A stretch of 64,000 nt of DNA, from the NCBI GenBank assembly GCA_963805975.1, contig CAWDVR010000003.1, forward strand, positions 544,001 to 608,000, in the 5' to 3' direction. Position numbers and translations under genes: made by a program. This document shows, piece after piece, positions 1-9,223 of the stretch (the first letter of the stretch is position 1; each line of letters starts with the position of its first letter). Source of the stretch: an uncultured Acidobacteriota bacterium. GTDB lineage: Bacteria > Acidobacteriota > Thermoanaerobaculia > Multivoradales > SZUA-115. The notes beneath the pieces were generated by a model. That model saw nothing but the letters and a program-made list of their open reading frames with translations, had not been told where the DNA came from and made no database searches.

Positions 1-479
1 GCGGCGCTCCGGGGGCGCACCACGAGCCACAGCAGCAGGGCCAGGGTGGCGAGGGCCAGGGCCGCCGCCGGCACGTCCGCCAGGAGGTCCGGAGCGTGAT
101 CGTAGACCAGGCGGGCGTAGAAGAGTGGCGAGGCCGCGATCGCCCCGCGCACGGCCGAGCCCAGGTAGGCGCCGGCCGCCAGCCCGAAGCCCACCACCGC
201 TCCCAGGTAGAGGGCGAGGTGGAAGTAGGGAATCGATTCGAGGCCGCCGGGCAGGCGGCGCGCCACCTCGAGCAGTACCGGGTAGCCCAGGGTCCGCCGC
301 GAGGCGAGGAGTGCGGTCGCCGTGCCGCGGGAGGTCAGGAGCGTCGTGTACTCGAAGGAGTCGGGGCTGTAGCGCCGGGTCTCGGGTCTCCACAGCGTCG
401 CGGCGAGCAGGAACAGAACGACCGCCTGGCCGAGCAGCCAGAAGGCGGGCGAGCGCCAGACCGAGAGCAGGCCCTTCAT
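1..479 (-). CDS. Polytopic membrane protein (GT-C-like), paralog of 476..1879; 3' end runs off the window
   Basis: Not in the ORF track; translated by hand from ATG at 479 (ATGA overlap with the upstream stop): MKGLLSVWRSPAFWLLGQ...SPDSFEY...RRTLGYPVLL...LPGGLESIPYFHLALYLG...SPLFYARL...LLADVPAAALAL, collinear with the neighbouring gene. Confidence 0.8.
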   Translation of the reverse strand, partial: MKGLLSVWRSPAFWLLGQAVVLFLLAATLWRPETRRYSPDSFEYTTLLTSRGTATALLASRRTLGYPVLLEVARRLPGGLESIPYFHLALYLGAVVGFGLAAGAYLGSAVRGAIAASPLFYARLVYDHAPDLLADVPAAALALATLALLLWLVVRPRSA

Positions 480-1879
480 GGCGCGGGCGCCGGTCGCCAG
501 AGATCGGCGGCGAGGGCCACGAGCCCACTCGGCAGCAGCAGCTCGGCCGCGAACACGTAGCGGTCGATCGGCGACTCGACCAGCACCACCAGCAGCATCG
601 CCGCCGCGGTGTAGGCCAGTGCGACCAAGGCGACCCCGGCGCCGCGCGGACCGGGCCACCCGGCCCACGACGACCCTGCCCTTCCTCGGGCCACGGTGGC
701 GACCACGCCGGCCGCCACCGCGCTCAAGGCGGTGAAGAGCGCCGCCGCCCGGAGCCACCGGCTCGAGGCCATGCGGCCCACGAAGGTGCCGCTCGCGTCG
801 CGGAGCCAGCGGGCATAGAGCCCCGGCTCGAGCCGGATCAGGGCCCATGAGAGGCCGGTGAAGCGCCGGTTGGCGTCCACCCACAGCCCGCCGGGTTCGC
901 CGCGCTGGCGGTCGGGCAGCTTCCGGGCCGCCTTGAGGGCGATGTAGAAGATGTTCGCATTGTAGAGGCGCCGCCACTCCTTGTAGTCGTAGGCGGGCGC
1001 GATCTCGAAGCCCACCTCGCGCCGCCGTTCGAGAATTCCCTGGGCGAGCGGCTGGTGCTCGGCAGGGAGGCGCGGCGCGTTCTCCGTGGTCAGCATCGAG
1101 CTGGTGATGCCGATCAGGTTGAAGCCGCCGAAAGACACCAGCCCGAAATGGCCGGCCACGGCCCAGCGAAACGTGCTCCAGGCGAGAAACGGCAGGAGCA
1201 CGACCGCGGTCATCCCGGCGGCGAAGCGCAGCGCGCTCGGGCGTCGCTCCTGGGTTCGGCACCCTGTACCGGCGAGCCGGAACAGCACCAGGCCCAGGAG
1301 CGGGAGGAGGGGCAGCAGGAAGAGGTAGGCCGGCCGGAGCTGGTAGGCGGCGAAGGCGCCGGCCCCCGCGGCGGTCCACGCCAGGGCCCGCGCCACCCTG
1401 CCGGCCGGCCGCGCGGCGGCGGCGAGCAACCCGGCCAGCGCGATCAGGGCGCAGGCGGCGGCGGGCAGATCGGCCAGCACCCCGGTCACGTAGGGGGCGA
1501 TCAGCCGGGAATAGAAGAGCGGCGTCGCCACCAGAAAGCCCTTCCAGCCGGCGCCGAGGTAGAGCCCCGCGGCAAGCCCGAAGGCCACCACCGAGCCGAG
1601 GTAGAGGCCGAGCTGCACGTGCGGCAGCCACGCCAGGCCGCCGGGAAGCGCTTGCACCGCCTTGAGGAAGAGCGGGTAGCCCGGCGTGCGGCGGTGCGAG
1701 AGCTTCTGCGCCAGGGTCTCGCGCTCGAGCACCTTCACGTAGCCGCGGCTGTCGCGGTAGGAGACGGTCGCGAGATCCGTCCGCGCAACGTGGAAGGCGA
1801 AGACGCCGGCCGCCTGCAGCAGGAGCCCCGGTAGCAAGAACCAGCGGGCGGGCCGGCTCCACGGCCGGCGCAGCGTCAC
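476..1879 (-). CDS. Polytopic membrane protein, putative GT-C fold glycosyltransferase
   Basis: Many hydrophobic segments; loop DSRGY...RTPGYP after the first TM. Start placed at GTG 1879 (GTGA overlap with the GT2 stop). Confidence 0.65.
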   Translation of the reverse strand: MTLRRPWSRPARWFLLPGLLLQAAGVFAFHVARTDLATVSYRDSRGYVKVLERETLAQKLSHRRTPGYPLFLKAVQALPGGLAWLPHVQLGLYLGSVVAFGLAAGLYLGAGWKGFLVATPLFYSRLIAPYVTGVLADLPAAACALIALAGLLAAAARPAGRVARALAWTAAGAGAFAAYQLRPAYLFLLPLLPLLGLVLFRLAGTGCRTQERRPSALRFAAGMTAVVLLPFLAWSTFRWAVAGHFGLVSFGGFNLIGITSSMLTTENAPRLPAEHQPLAQGILERRREVGFEIAPAYDYKEWRRLYNANIFYIALKAARKLPDRQRGEPGGLWVDANRRFTGLSWALIRLEPGLYARWLRDASGTFVGRMASSRWLRAAALFTALSAVAAGVVATVARGRAGSSWAGWPGPRGAGVALVALAYTAAAMLLVVLVESPIDRYVFAAELLLPSGLVALAADLWRPAPAP

Positions 1880-2754
1880 TCCCGGCCCCCGAAGAGCATG
1901 CGCAGCAGGTCGGCGACGAACCCCATCCCGGTCAGCAGGCAGGCGGTGAGGAGCGACTCCACGGCCAGCGAGAGCCCCGCCCGCCACGGCGTCACGATGC
2001 CCAGCACCAGGCAGGCGAGGCCCACCGCGGCGACGAAGGCGGCGAGCAGCAGGAAGAGCTTGATCGGGTTGTAGACCAGGATCGCTTCGGAGATGTATTG
2101 CAAGGTGCGAAGCGAATCGCGGAACAGGCGGACCTTGGTGGTGCCGACGCGGGCGCGGTACGGCACCTCCACGTACGAGACCAGCCGGTGCGAGAGGAGG
2201 AGCCCGAGGGTCAGCGAGGTGGTGAAGCTGAAGCTCTCCGACAGGTGCCGGAAGTAGGGCGTCACCACCGGGCGGGAGAAGACGCGGAAGCCGGAGTTGA
2301 CGTCCGGGATGCGGCGCCCGGCCGTGAACTCGACCAGGAACTGGAGCACCCGCCGGAGGAGCGACTTGCCGAGCCGCTCGCGGTGGTCCTGCTTCCGGCG
2401 CGCTCCCACCACCATATCGAAGCCGCGCCGGTGCTCAGCCAGGAGCCGTGGCAGCTCCTCGGCCGGGTAGGTGCCGTCGGCGTCGGAGATCACGATCGTG
2501 TCATAGCGCGCGGCCAGGATGCCATCCTTCAACGAGCGGCCGTAGCCCTGGTTCTGCGGGTGGGAGAGCACCCGCGCCCCGGCCCGCAGGGCCTCGGCGG
2601 CGGTCCCGTCTGTCGAGCCGTCGTCCACCACCAGGATCTCGAACGGCTCCACCTCGCCGTTCTCGCCGGGCACGCTGAGAACGGCAGCCAGCGTCGCCAC
2701 CGCGTCGGCCACGGCGCGCTCCTCGTTGTAGGCGGGGATGACGACCGAGATCAC
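1876..2754 (-). CDS. Glycosyltransferase family 2 (polyprenol-phosphate glycosyltransferase/DPM1-like) with two C-terminal TM helices
   Basis: SVVIPAYNEE, VVDDGSTD, NQGYG, DADG (DxD), DVNSGFRVF; GTG 2754 overlaps the upstream TGA. Confidence 0.92.
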   Translation of the reverse strand: MISVVIPAYNEERAVADAVATLAAVLSVPGENGEVEPFEILVVDDGSTDGTAAEALRAGARVLSHPQNQGYGRSLKDGILAARYDTIVISDADGTYPAEELPRLLAEHRRGFDMVVGARRKQDHRERLGKSLLRRVLQFLVEFTAGRRIPDVNSGFRVFSRPVVTPYFRHLSESFSFTTSLTLGLLLSHRLVSYVEVPYRARVGTTKVRLFRDSLRTLQYISEAILVYNPIKLFLLLAAFVAAVGLACLVLGIVTPWRAGLSLAVESLLTACLLTGMGFVADLLRMLFGGRE

Positions 2755-3653
2755 GGCGTACCCCAAGCCATCTCATCGGGAGAGCCGTCGCCGGGGCTCT
2801 CCGAGCGTAGCGTGGGGCGAAGTCCGGAGAGCCCCGGCGACGACTCGGAAGCTCGCTTCACCCCCGACAGGCTCCAGGAGACGCCGGCGTAGCGGCGGAT
2901 GGAGATCGAACCGGGCTCGAAGCGCTCGGGCGAGAACCACGTTTGCGCCGTGGCGCGGGTGGTGAAGCGGGTCTGCGGCGCGTTCAGCTTGTCGAACACG
3001 TTGAGCATGTTGCGCTCGAAGGACAGGCGGCGGAAGTTCCGGAAGTACTCGTAATAGGGGAGAAACGAGAGGAACGGCAACCGGTAGACCGTGTGCGTGA
3101 AAGGGTAGAGCGCCGCCGTCACCGCGCGCGACAGGCCCACCAGGCTGCGGCGGGACAGGCGGCGCAGGAAGAGCTTGCGGATCGGCTCCACGCCGTGCCG
3201 CACCAGGGCGTTGCCCTCCGCGCTGTAGGTCCAGATCACCATGCGTCCTCCGGGTCGCAAATGCGCGAAGAGAGTATCGAAAGTGCGGTCCGGGTCGTCC
3301 GTGTGGTGGATGACGCCGATCGAGATCACGTCGTCGAACCGCTCGGCGAGGTCCATGGTGGCGAGGTCGGCGGTCACGAAGCGCACCCTCGCGGCCTCGC
3401 GGTTCCAGCCTGCGGCGATGTCCGCGGTGTTCAGATCCACCGCCGTGACCTCCGCCCCCGCCGCCGCCAGCATCGCCGTGTGCTGGCCGCCCCCGCAGCC
3501 GCCCTCCAGCACCCGGCGGCCGGCGAAGCTCTCGAGCGTCACCGGCGCGATCCACTCGCGGAGCAGGAACTCCTCGCGGTCGTGGAACATCGTCCACTGC
3601 TCGCGCCACTCGCTCGACGGCTGCTGCACTCCAGGTTCGGGAGGCCGGCTCAT
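2751..3653 (-). CDS. Class I SAM-dependent methyltransferase
   Basis: C-terminal part of track ORF 2751..5603; ATG 3653 overlaps the asnB stop; VLEGGCGGG, VTAVDL, FDDVISIGVIHH, LRPGG. Confidence 0.88.
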   Translation of the reverse strand: MSRPPEPGVQQPSSEWREQWTMFHDREEFLLREWIAPVTLESFAGRRVLEGGCGGGQHTAMLAAAGAEVTAVDLNTADIAAGWNREAARVRFVTADLATMDLAERFDDVISIGVIHHTDDPDRTFDTLFAHLRPGGRMVIWTYSAEGNALVRHGVEPIRKLFLRRLSRRSLVGLSRAVTAALYPFTHTVYRLPFLSFLPYYEYFRNFRRLSFERNMLNVFDKLNAPQTRFTTRATAQTWFSPERFEPGSISIRRYAGVSWSLSGVKRASESSPGLSGLRPTLRSESPGDGSPDEMAWGTP

Positions 3654-5545
3654 GCCACGCCGTACCTCTTCGCCCAGAGCGCCAGGTTCAGGAGCCCGAA
3701 GAGCTTGTAGCCGTGGTCCGCGCGACGCCGGGCGTGCTCGTCGAGCAGCCGGCGCACGAAGCGCTGATCGAACGGCAGGGCCGCGCCCGCGGGCGCCAGC
3801 AGCTCCGCCTCCACCAGCCGCGCGAGCGACCCGCCCAGCCAGTGCGAGACCGGAGCGTTGAAGCCGGCCTTCTTGCGGTGCGTCACCTCGCGCGGCAGGC
3901 GCCGCGCCTGGCTGAGCTTGAAGACGTGCTTCTTTGCCAGGCCCTTGAGCTTCCACGCGGCCGGGAGCGAGGCCGCCAGCTCCACCAGCCGATGGTCGAG
4001 GAGCGGCGCCCGCGGCTCGAGCGCGTGTGCCATGGCGCAGCGGTCCACTTTCACCAGGATATCGTCCGGCAGCCAGGTCTTGGCGTCCACGTAGAGGTGC
4101 TGGTCGAGCGGGTCGAGATCCTCCACGTCGCGGTAGTGGCGCGCGAACGGCTCGAACGGGTCCACGGCGGAGAGCTGCGTCGCGAGGTCCGGCAGCAGCT
4201 CCGCCTGCTCCTCGCGCGAGAAGATCTCCCGCCAGAAGACGTGTGCCCGCGGGCCCGAGAGGCGATGCCCGGCAAGGAGGCGCCGCAGGCCGTAATCGAA
4301 CGTCACCTTGCCGCGCGAGGCGGGAACCAGGGCCGAGAGGCCGCGTCCGGCGCCCCGCACCAGCCAGCCGGGCAGCCGGCGCGTCAGGCGGTGTGCCCGG
4401 TCCGCGAGGTAGGTGGGGTAGCCGGCGAACAGCTCGTCGCCGCCGTCGCCGGAGAGCGCCACCGTCACGTGGCGCCGGGTGTGGCGGGCGAGGTAGTAGG
4501 TGGGAATCATCGAGCTGTCGGCGAACGGCTCGTCCGCGGCGTAGACGATGTCCGCCAGCTCCTCGGCCACCGTCTCTCCCACCACCTGGTCCCGATGCTC
4601 GACGCCGAGGAGCGACGCCACGCGGCGCGCCTCCGCGAGCTCGCTGTAGCCGGGCTCGGCGAAGCCCACGCTGAAGGTCTCGTTCTCGGCCGGGGGCCGC
4701 AGGCGGCACATGGCGGCCACGATCGCCGAGGAGTCGATGCCGCCCGAGAGAAAGGCGCCCAGCGGCACGTCCGCCACCAGGCGCAGGCGCACCGCGTCCT
4801 CCAGTAGCTCGCCCACCGCCTCGGCCGCCTCCGCCTCGGAAGCGAAGCGGCGCTTCTCCCGGAAGTGGGCGGCGAGGTCCCAGTACGGCGCCGGGATCGC
4901 CGGCTTGCCCTCTTCGAGCACCAGCACGTGCGCGGCTGGGAGCTTTTCGACCCCGGAGAAGATCGCCGCCGCGGTCAGCGTGTAGTTGTGGGAGAGGTAG
5001 TGGCTGAGCGCCTCCGGGTTGAGCTCGCGGCCGACGGCCGGGTCTTCCACCAGGGCCTTGAGCTCCGAGGCGAAGACCACGCCGCCGCCCGCGAGCCGGG
5101 CGTAGTAGAGGGGTTTCTTGCCCAGGCGGTCGCGGGCCAGGACCAGCCGCCGCGCCGGCTCGTCCCAGAGCGCCAGGGCGAACATGCCGTTCAGCTTCTC
5201 GAGCGCCGGCAGGCCCCAGCGCTTGTACGCTTCGAGGATGACCTCGGTGTCGCTCTGGGTGCGGAAGCGCGCGCCCAGTGCTTCGAGCTCCCGCCGCACC
5301 TCGCGGAAGTTGTAGATTTCGCCGTTGAAGATGATGAACGCACGGCCGTCCACGTCCGCCATCGGCTGGTCGCTGGCGGCGCTCGGCTCGATCACCGACA
5401 GGCGCCGGTGCCCGAAGGCGAGCGGTCCGCGGAACAGGAATCCCTGCGCGTCCGGCCCGCGGTGCACCAGCTTCGCCGTCATGCGCTCCACCACCCCCCG
5501 CTCCGGGGGCGCCGTCCAAGAGAGCTTGCCGCAGATTCCGCACAT
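3650..5545 (-). CDS. asnB: Asparagine synthase (glutamine-hydrolysing) / AsnB-type amidotransferase
   Basis: N-terminal MCGICG (Ntn Cys), HRGPD, HRRLSVI, NGEIYNF, FLSGGIDSS, LSGDGGDELFAGY. Confidence 0.96.
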   Translation of the reverse strand: MCGICGKLSWTAPPERGVVERMTAKLVHRGPDAQGFLFRGPLAFGHRRLSVIEPSAASDQPMADVDGRAFIIFNGEIYNFREVRRELEALGARFRTQSDTEVILEAYKRWGLPALEKLNGMFALALWDEPARRLVLARDRLGKKPLYYARLAGGGVVFASELKALVEDPAVGRELNPEALSHYLSHNYTLTAAAIFSGVEKLPAAHVLVLEEGKPAIPAPYWDLAAHFREKRRFASEAEAAEAVGELLEDAVRLRLVADVPLGAFLSGGIDSSAIVAAMCRLRPPAENETFSVGFAEPGYSELAEARRVASLLGVEHRDQVVGETVAEELADIVYAADEPFADSSMIPTYYLARHTRRHVTVALSGDGGDELFAGYPTYLADRAHRLTRRLPGWLVRGAGRGLSALVPASRGKVTFDYGLRRLLAGHRLSGPRAHVFWREIFSREEQAELLPDLATQLSAVDPFEPFARHYRDVEDLDPLDQHLYVDAKTWLPDDILVKVDRCAMAHALEPRAPLLDHRLVELAASLPAAWKLKGLAKKHVFKLSQARRLPREVTHRKKAGFNAPVSHWLGGSLARLVEAELLAPAGAALPFDQRFVRRLLDEHARRRADHGYKLFGLLNLALWAKRYGVA

Positions 5546-5675
5546 GGTCAGGAGCCGGCCCAGCCGGCGGCGCCCTTCTATCAGAGCGGGTGGGGGGCGT
5601 CAAAAACGTGGAGGCCGAGGCGGAACCCGGCTGCGAGAGTCTCGCCCGAGACGCCGGCTGCTAGGATCGCCGCCG

Positions 5676-6458
5676 ATGGCCGCTTCCCGCGCCGCGCAGG
5701 GCGCCCCGCTCGCTTCCTCGATCGGCCTCTCCACCATGGCGCCGGCCATGGCCGAGGCCACGAACTACTACCGCTGGATCGCGGATCGCATCGCGCCGGC
5801 GGTGGGTCGCCGCGTGCTGGACGTGGGCGGCGGGCGGGGGAGCCTGCTGTCCTACTTTCTCGACCGCGAGCGCCTCGTCGCCCTGGACCTCTCGCCCGAT
5901 GCCGTGGCGTATCTCCGCGAGGCGTTCCGCGCTCATCCGCACGTCGAGGCCCTGGAGGGAGACGTCACCAGCCGGGCCCTCCAGGCGCGCCTCGCAACCG
6001 AGGGCATGGACACCATCCTCTGCACCAACGTGCTGGAGCACGTGGAGGACGACCGCGCCATGCTGGCGAGCTTCGCCGCCATCCTGAGCGCCACGGGCGG
6101 GCGCCTCGCGCTCCAGGTGCCGGCGCACGCCTGGCTCTACGGCTCGCTCGATGCGGCGGCCGGCCACCACCGGCGCTACACCCGTCGCGAGGTGCGCACC
6201 AAGCTCGAAACCGCGGGCTTTCGCGTGGACCGCGTCTCCTACATGAACGCCGCCGCAGTGCCCGGCTGGTGGGTGGCCGGCCGGGTGCGCCGCCAAGGCC
6301 TCGCCGATTCGGCGGACACGAACGCCCAGGTGCGCTTCTACGACCGCTACCTGATCCCCGTGGCGCGCCGGCTCGAAGCCCTGGTGCCGCCGCCACTGGG
6401 CCTCTCGGTGCTGGCCCTGGCTCATGTCCCGCCGCGGCATGCCGACGCTCCCGGCTGA
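5676..6458 (+). CDS. Class I SAM-dependent methyltransferase
   Basis: NYYRW, VLDVGGGRG, DTILCTNVLEHVEDD, VPAH...D...GHHRRY; TGcTAGGAT -10 box at 5659-5667. Confidence 0.88.
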   Translation: MAASRAAQGAPLASSIGLSTMAPAMAEATNYYRWIADRIAPAVGRRVLDVGGGRGSLLSYFLDRERLVALDLSPDAVAYLREAFRAHPHVEALEGDVTSRALQARLATEGMDTILCTNVLEHVEDDRAMLASFAAILSATGGRLALQVPAHAWLYGSLDAAAGHHRRYTRREVRTKLETAGFRVDRVSYMNAAAVPGWWVAGRVRRQGLADSADTNAQVRFYDRYLIPVARRLEALVPPPLGLSVLALAHVPPRHADAPG

Positions 6459-6687
6459 AGACGACGACGGTTGGGCGCGGCTCGTCAGCCGACCCGGCCT
6501 CTGCCGTACCTGCCGGCACGCACGCCTCCTGGCCTCGGCCCGGAGCGTCTTCCTGCGCTGCGACCTCTCCGACTCGGACCCCCGCTTCCTGCGCTACCCG
6601 CCGTTGCCGGTGCTGACATGCGGGGGATGGGAATCCTCCGCCTTGCCCCCCACCTCCACGAACGAGGGCTCGTCGATGCCGCGGTAG
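6439..6687 (+). CDS. Small Cys-rich hypothetical protein
   Basis: GLCRTCRH...FLRC...DPRFLRYPPLPVLTC pattern; start overlaps the methyltransferase end. Confidence 0.6.
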   Translation: MPTLPAEDDDGWARLVSRPGLCRTCRHARLLASARSVFLRCDLSDSDPRFLRYPPLPVLTCGGWESSALPPTSTNEGSSMPR

Positions 6688-7721
6688 GTGACCACAGCTT
6701 CCGCCCCTTCGGCGAGGCAGCGGGCGGAGTGAGCGGGCTCGCCGCAGTCCACGCAGGCCCCGCCGCCGTCCGCGCCGCCGGCGAGGCAGCGGGCGATGAG
6801 CTCGGGGCTGGCGTCGGCCACCGACCGGCGCTCGATCCGCTCGCCGTCCGGGCCGCCGACCAGCTTCTCGACGAAGGCCGCGTAGTGAAGCTTGTAGTCG
6901 ATCTCGGCGCCGGGGCTCTCGACGACTTTCTCCGTCTGGAAGAAGCCGTACTGCGCCAGCGCAAGCTCGAAGCGCAGCTCGCCGCTCTCGAGGCGGAAGA
7001 AAAATCTCTCGCCGCGCTCGCTGTAGTCGCCACCGGCCGGGTCCCACTCTCCGATGCCGGCGAGCACGATGCGGCCGCCGTCGCGCCGCGACACCGCGGT
7101 CAGGCGATGGTTGGGCAGGATCTTGCCTTGCGCGCGCTTGTGGACCGGCGAGAAGGTCCACACGTCCTGCCGGCGCCCGTTCTCGTAGAGCGCCCAATAG
7201 AGCTCTTGGATCCGCGACTCCGGCCAGGCGATGACCTGGCGCAGCACCAGGACCGGCTCGCCCTCGGCGGCGGGAATAGGGAAATCTTCGACCTTCACCA
7301 GCGGCTCTTCCTCGGTCGGCGGCTCGCCAGCAGGCTCCGTCGGAAGCTCGGTGGCGGGCACCTCCGGGGCAGCTGGTCCTGTGGCGTCTGCCGGAGCAGG
7401 CTCCGGGGTCTCCGCTGGAGCCAGTGCCTCTGTGGAAGCCGGTGCCTCTGCGGAAGCCGTTGGTTCTATGGAAGGCACCTCTGCAGGGCCAGGTGGCTCC
7501 GTGGGGACCGGCGCTGCCGGCTCGAGTCGGGCCGGCAGGGGCAGCGGGAGGCGCTCGCCGGTCTGTGGGTCGCTCGTGTACCGTCTCTCGAGGTCCGTCA
7601 CGCGCTCGAAGTAAAGCCGCTCGAGGCCGGAGAAACGCGCTCCGGCTGCGGCCGGGAGGGCGGTCACCACGGAGAACGCGCAGAGGACGAGTACGAGGGC
7701 GAGGCGCAGCGGGCTGCTCAT
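6594..7721 (-). CDS. Secreted hypothetical protein with Pro/Ala/Glu/Thr linker
   Basis: Signal peptide (LALVLVLCAFSVVTALPAAAG), low-complexity linker, globular C-terminal part with Cys cluster. Confidence 0.75.
   Translation of the reverse strand: MSSPLRLALVLVLCAFSVVTALPAAAGARFSGLERLYFERVTDLERRYTSDPQTGERLPLPLPARLEPAAPVPTEPPGPAEVPSIEPTASAEAPASTEALAPAETPEPAPADATGPAAPEVPATELPTEPAGEPPTEEEPLVKVEDFPIPAAEGEPVLVLRQVIAWPESRIQELYWALYENGRRQDVWTFSPVHKRAQGKILPNHRLTAVSRRDGGRIVLAGIGEWDPAGGDYSERGERFFFRLESGELRFELALAQYGFFQTEKVVESPGAEIDYKLHYAAFVEKLVGGPDGERIERRSVADASPELIARCLAGGADGGGACVDCGEPAHSARCLAEGAEAVVTYRGIDEPSFVEVGGKAEDSHPPHVSTGNGG
7421..7474. repeat. Three imperfect 18-bp tandem repeats within the linker
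   Basis: ccagtgcctctgtggaag / ccggtgcctctgcggaag / ccgttggttctatggaag. Confidence 0.7.
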
Positions 7722-7837
7722 GGGCGGGATGGCCTTGGGCTCGTGGGCTTTCTACAGCATAGCCGGTTGGCGCGTACTTTCCTCGAGGGCTGCTAGCCTT
7801 CGGCCGTTCGTCACCCCCTGGGCCCTGGAGAGATCTC

Positions 7838-9136
7838 TTGGCAAAGCTCGACGGTACGAAGAAGCTGCTCTTCTCCGCGCTGCTGCTCCTCGGCGTGGTG
7901 GCGGTGCTGGAGGTGAGCTCGGCCCTCGCGCTCCGCGTGCGGGACGGGAGCTGGCCCTCGCCCTCGCGTTTCCGCGAGGAGCGCGAGCGGGTCGCGGGCG
8001 TGGCGAGCGCGGCGGGCGCTCCGCGTGCCGTGGACGCTCCGCCCGCCGCGGACGCTTCGGGCCAGGTTCTCCACCCTTTCCTGGGCTTCGTGCAAGACCC
8101 CGCGGTGAGCCAGCCGTACTGGGGGGTCGACGAGCAGGGCTTCCCCGTAGTGCCGCTGCCTGCCGAGGCGGGGGGCCTCGAGCGGTTCGACGTCGCGGTG
8201 TTCGGGGGCTCGGTCGCCAACGGGTTCTGCTTCGGCGGCAGCAGCGCCTTCCGGCAGGTCCTCGCCGAGTCGCCGCTGGTGCATGGCAAGGCCATCGCCA
8301 TTCACTGCTTCGCGCTCGGCGGCTTCAAGCAGCCGCAGCAGTTGATGGCGCTCAACTGGGCGCTCTCGCTGGGGGCCGAGTTCGACCTCGCCATCAACCT
8401 CGACGGCTTCAACGAGGTGGCGCTGTCGGTGGCGGAGAACGCCAAGGTCCATACCCACCCGCTCTATCCGCGCTGGTGGCCGGCGCGGGTCGCCGGCATC
8501 CAGGCCGCGAGCACGATGCGTATCCTGGGCGCCATCGAGCTCTTGGCGGAGAAGCGGCGCGAGCGGGCCGGCCTGTGTGGCCCTCCGCTCCTCGCCTGGA
8601 GCCCCACCTGCCACCTCGCCTGGAGCGCGCTCGACCGGTCGCTCGCCGGCCGGCTCGCCGCCGCCCAGCGGCAGCTCGGTGCGGAGGTGCCACGGCGCAA
8701 GAGCTTCCTCACCCGGGGCCCGCGGCTCGAAAGCTGGGAGGAGAACGAGATCTATCCGCTCATCGCCAGGCACTGGGCCGAGAGCTCGAGCCTGATGTTC
8801 GAGCTGTGCCGCGCCCGGGGCATCCCGTACTTTCATTTCCTCCAGCCCAACCAGTATCTGGCGGGCTCGAAGCCGATGGGCCGCGAGGAGCGGCGGATCG
8901 CCATCGACCCCGATCAGATCTACCGGCCCCCGGTCGAGAAAGGCTATCCGCTGCTCATCGCGGCCGGCCGCACGCTGGCCGCTCGTGGCGTGCCCTTCTT
9001 CGACCTGACCGGGATCTTCCTCGACCACCCGGAGCCCCTCTACAGTGACTCCTGCTGCCACTACACCCGGCCCGGCAACCTGATGGTGGCGGAAACGATC
9101 GGCAAGATCGTGGTCGGTGGGCTGCCCGCTCCCTGA
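7838..9136 (+). CDS. Membrane-anchored SGNH/GDSL-like hydrolase or acyltransferase
   Basis: N-terminal TM; VFGGSVA (block I), LDGFNE (block III), DSCCHY (DxxH, block V), FLQPNQY. Confidence 0.7.
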   Translation: MAKLDGTKKLLFSALLLLGVVAVLEVSSALALRVRDGSWPSPSRFREERERVAGVASAAGAPRAVDAPPAADASGQVLHPFLGFVQDPAVSQPYWGVDEQGFPVVPLPAEAGGLERFDVAVFGGSVANGFCFGGSSAFRQVLAESPLVHGKAIAIHCFALGGFKQPQQLMALNWALSLGAEFDLAINLDGFNEVALSVAENAKVHTHPLYPRWWPARVAGIQAASTMRILGAIELLAEKRRERAGLCGPPLLAWSPTCHLAWSALDRSLAGRLAAAQRQLGAEVPRRKSFLTRGPRLESWEENEIYPLIARHWAESSSLMFELCRARGIPYFHFLQPNQYLAGSKPMGREERRIAIDPDQIYRPPVEKGYPLLIAAGRTLAARGVPFFDLTGIFLDHPEPLYSDSCCHYTRPGNLMVAETIGKIVVGGLPAP

Positions 9137-9223
9137 GCCTGTCGTGAGGGCTGACCGGCTGGCCCTCGTTTCTGTGGCTTCCTCCACAGCCTTGTGGTGC
9201 TCGCGTGGCCTAGCATCGCAGCG

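Noticed and set aside
3650-5545. Lasso peptide cyclase interpretation of the AsnB homolog
   Set aside because: Intact N-terminal Cys glutaminase domain, no B protein or precursor peptide, and glycosyltransferase context
2751-5603. 950-aa ORF overlapping asnB
   Set aside because: Only the last 300 codons (from ATG 3653) are protein-like; the rest is an off-frame shadow of asnB
7421-7474. CRISPR-like repeats
   Set aside because: Contiguous in-frame 18-bp repeats with no spacers inside a Pro/Ala linker; no cas genes
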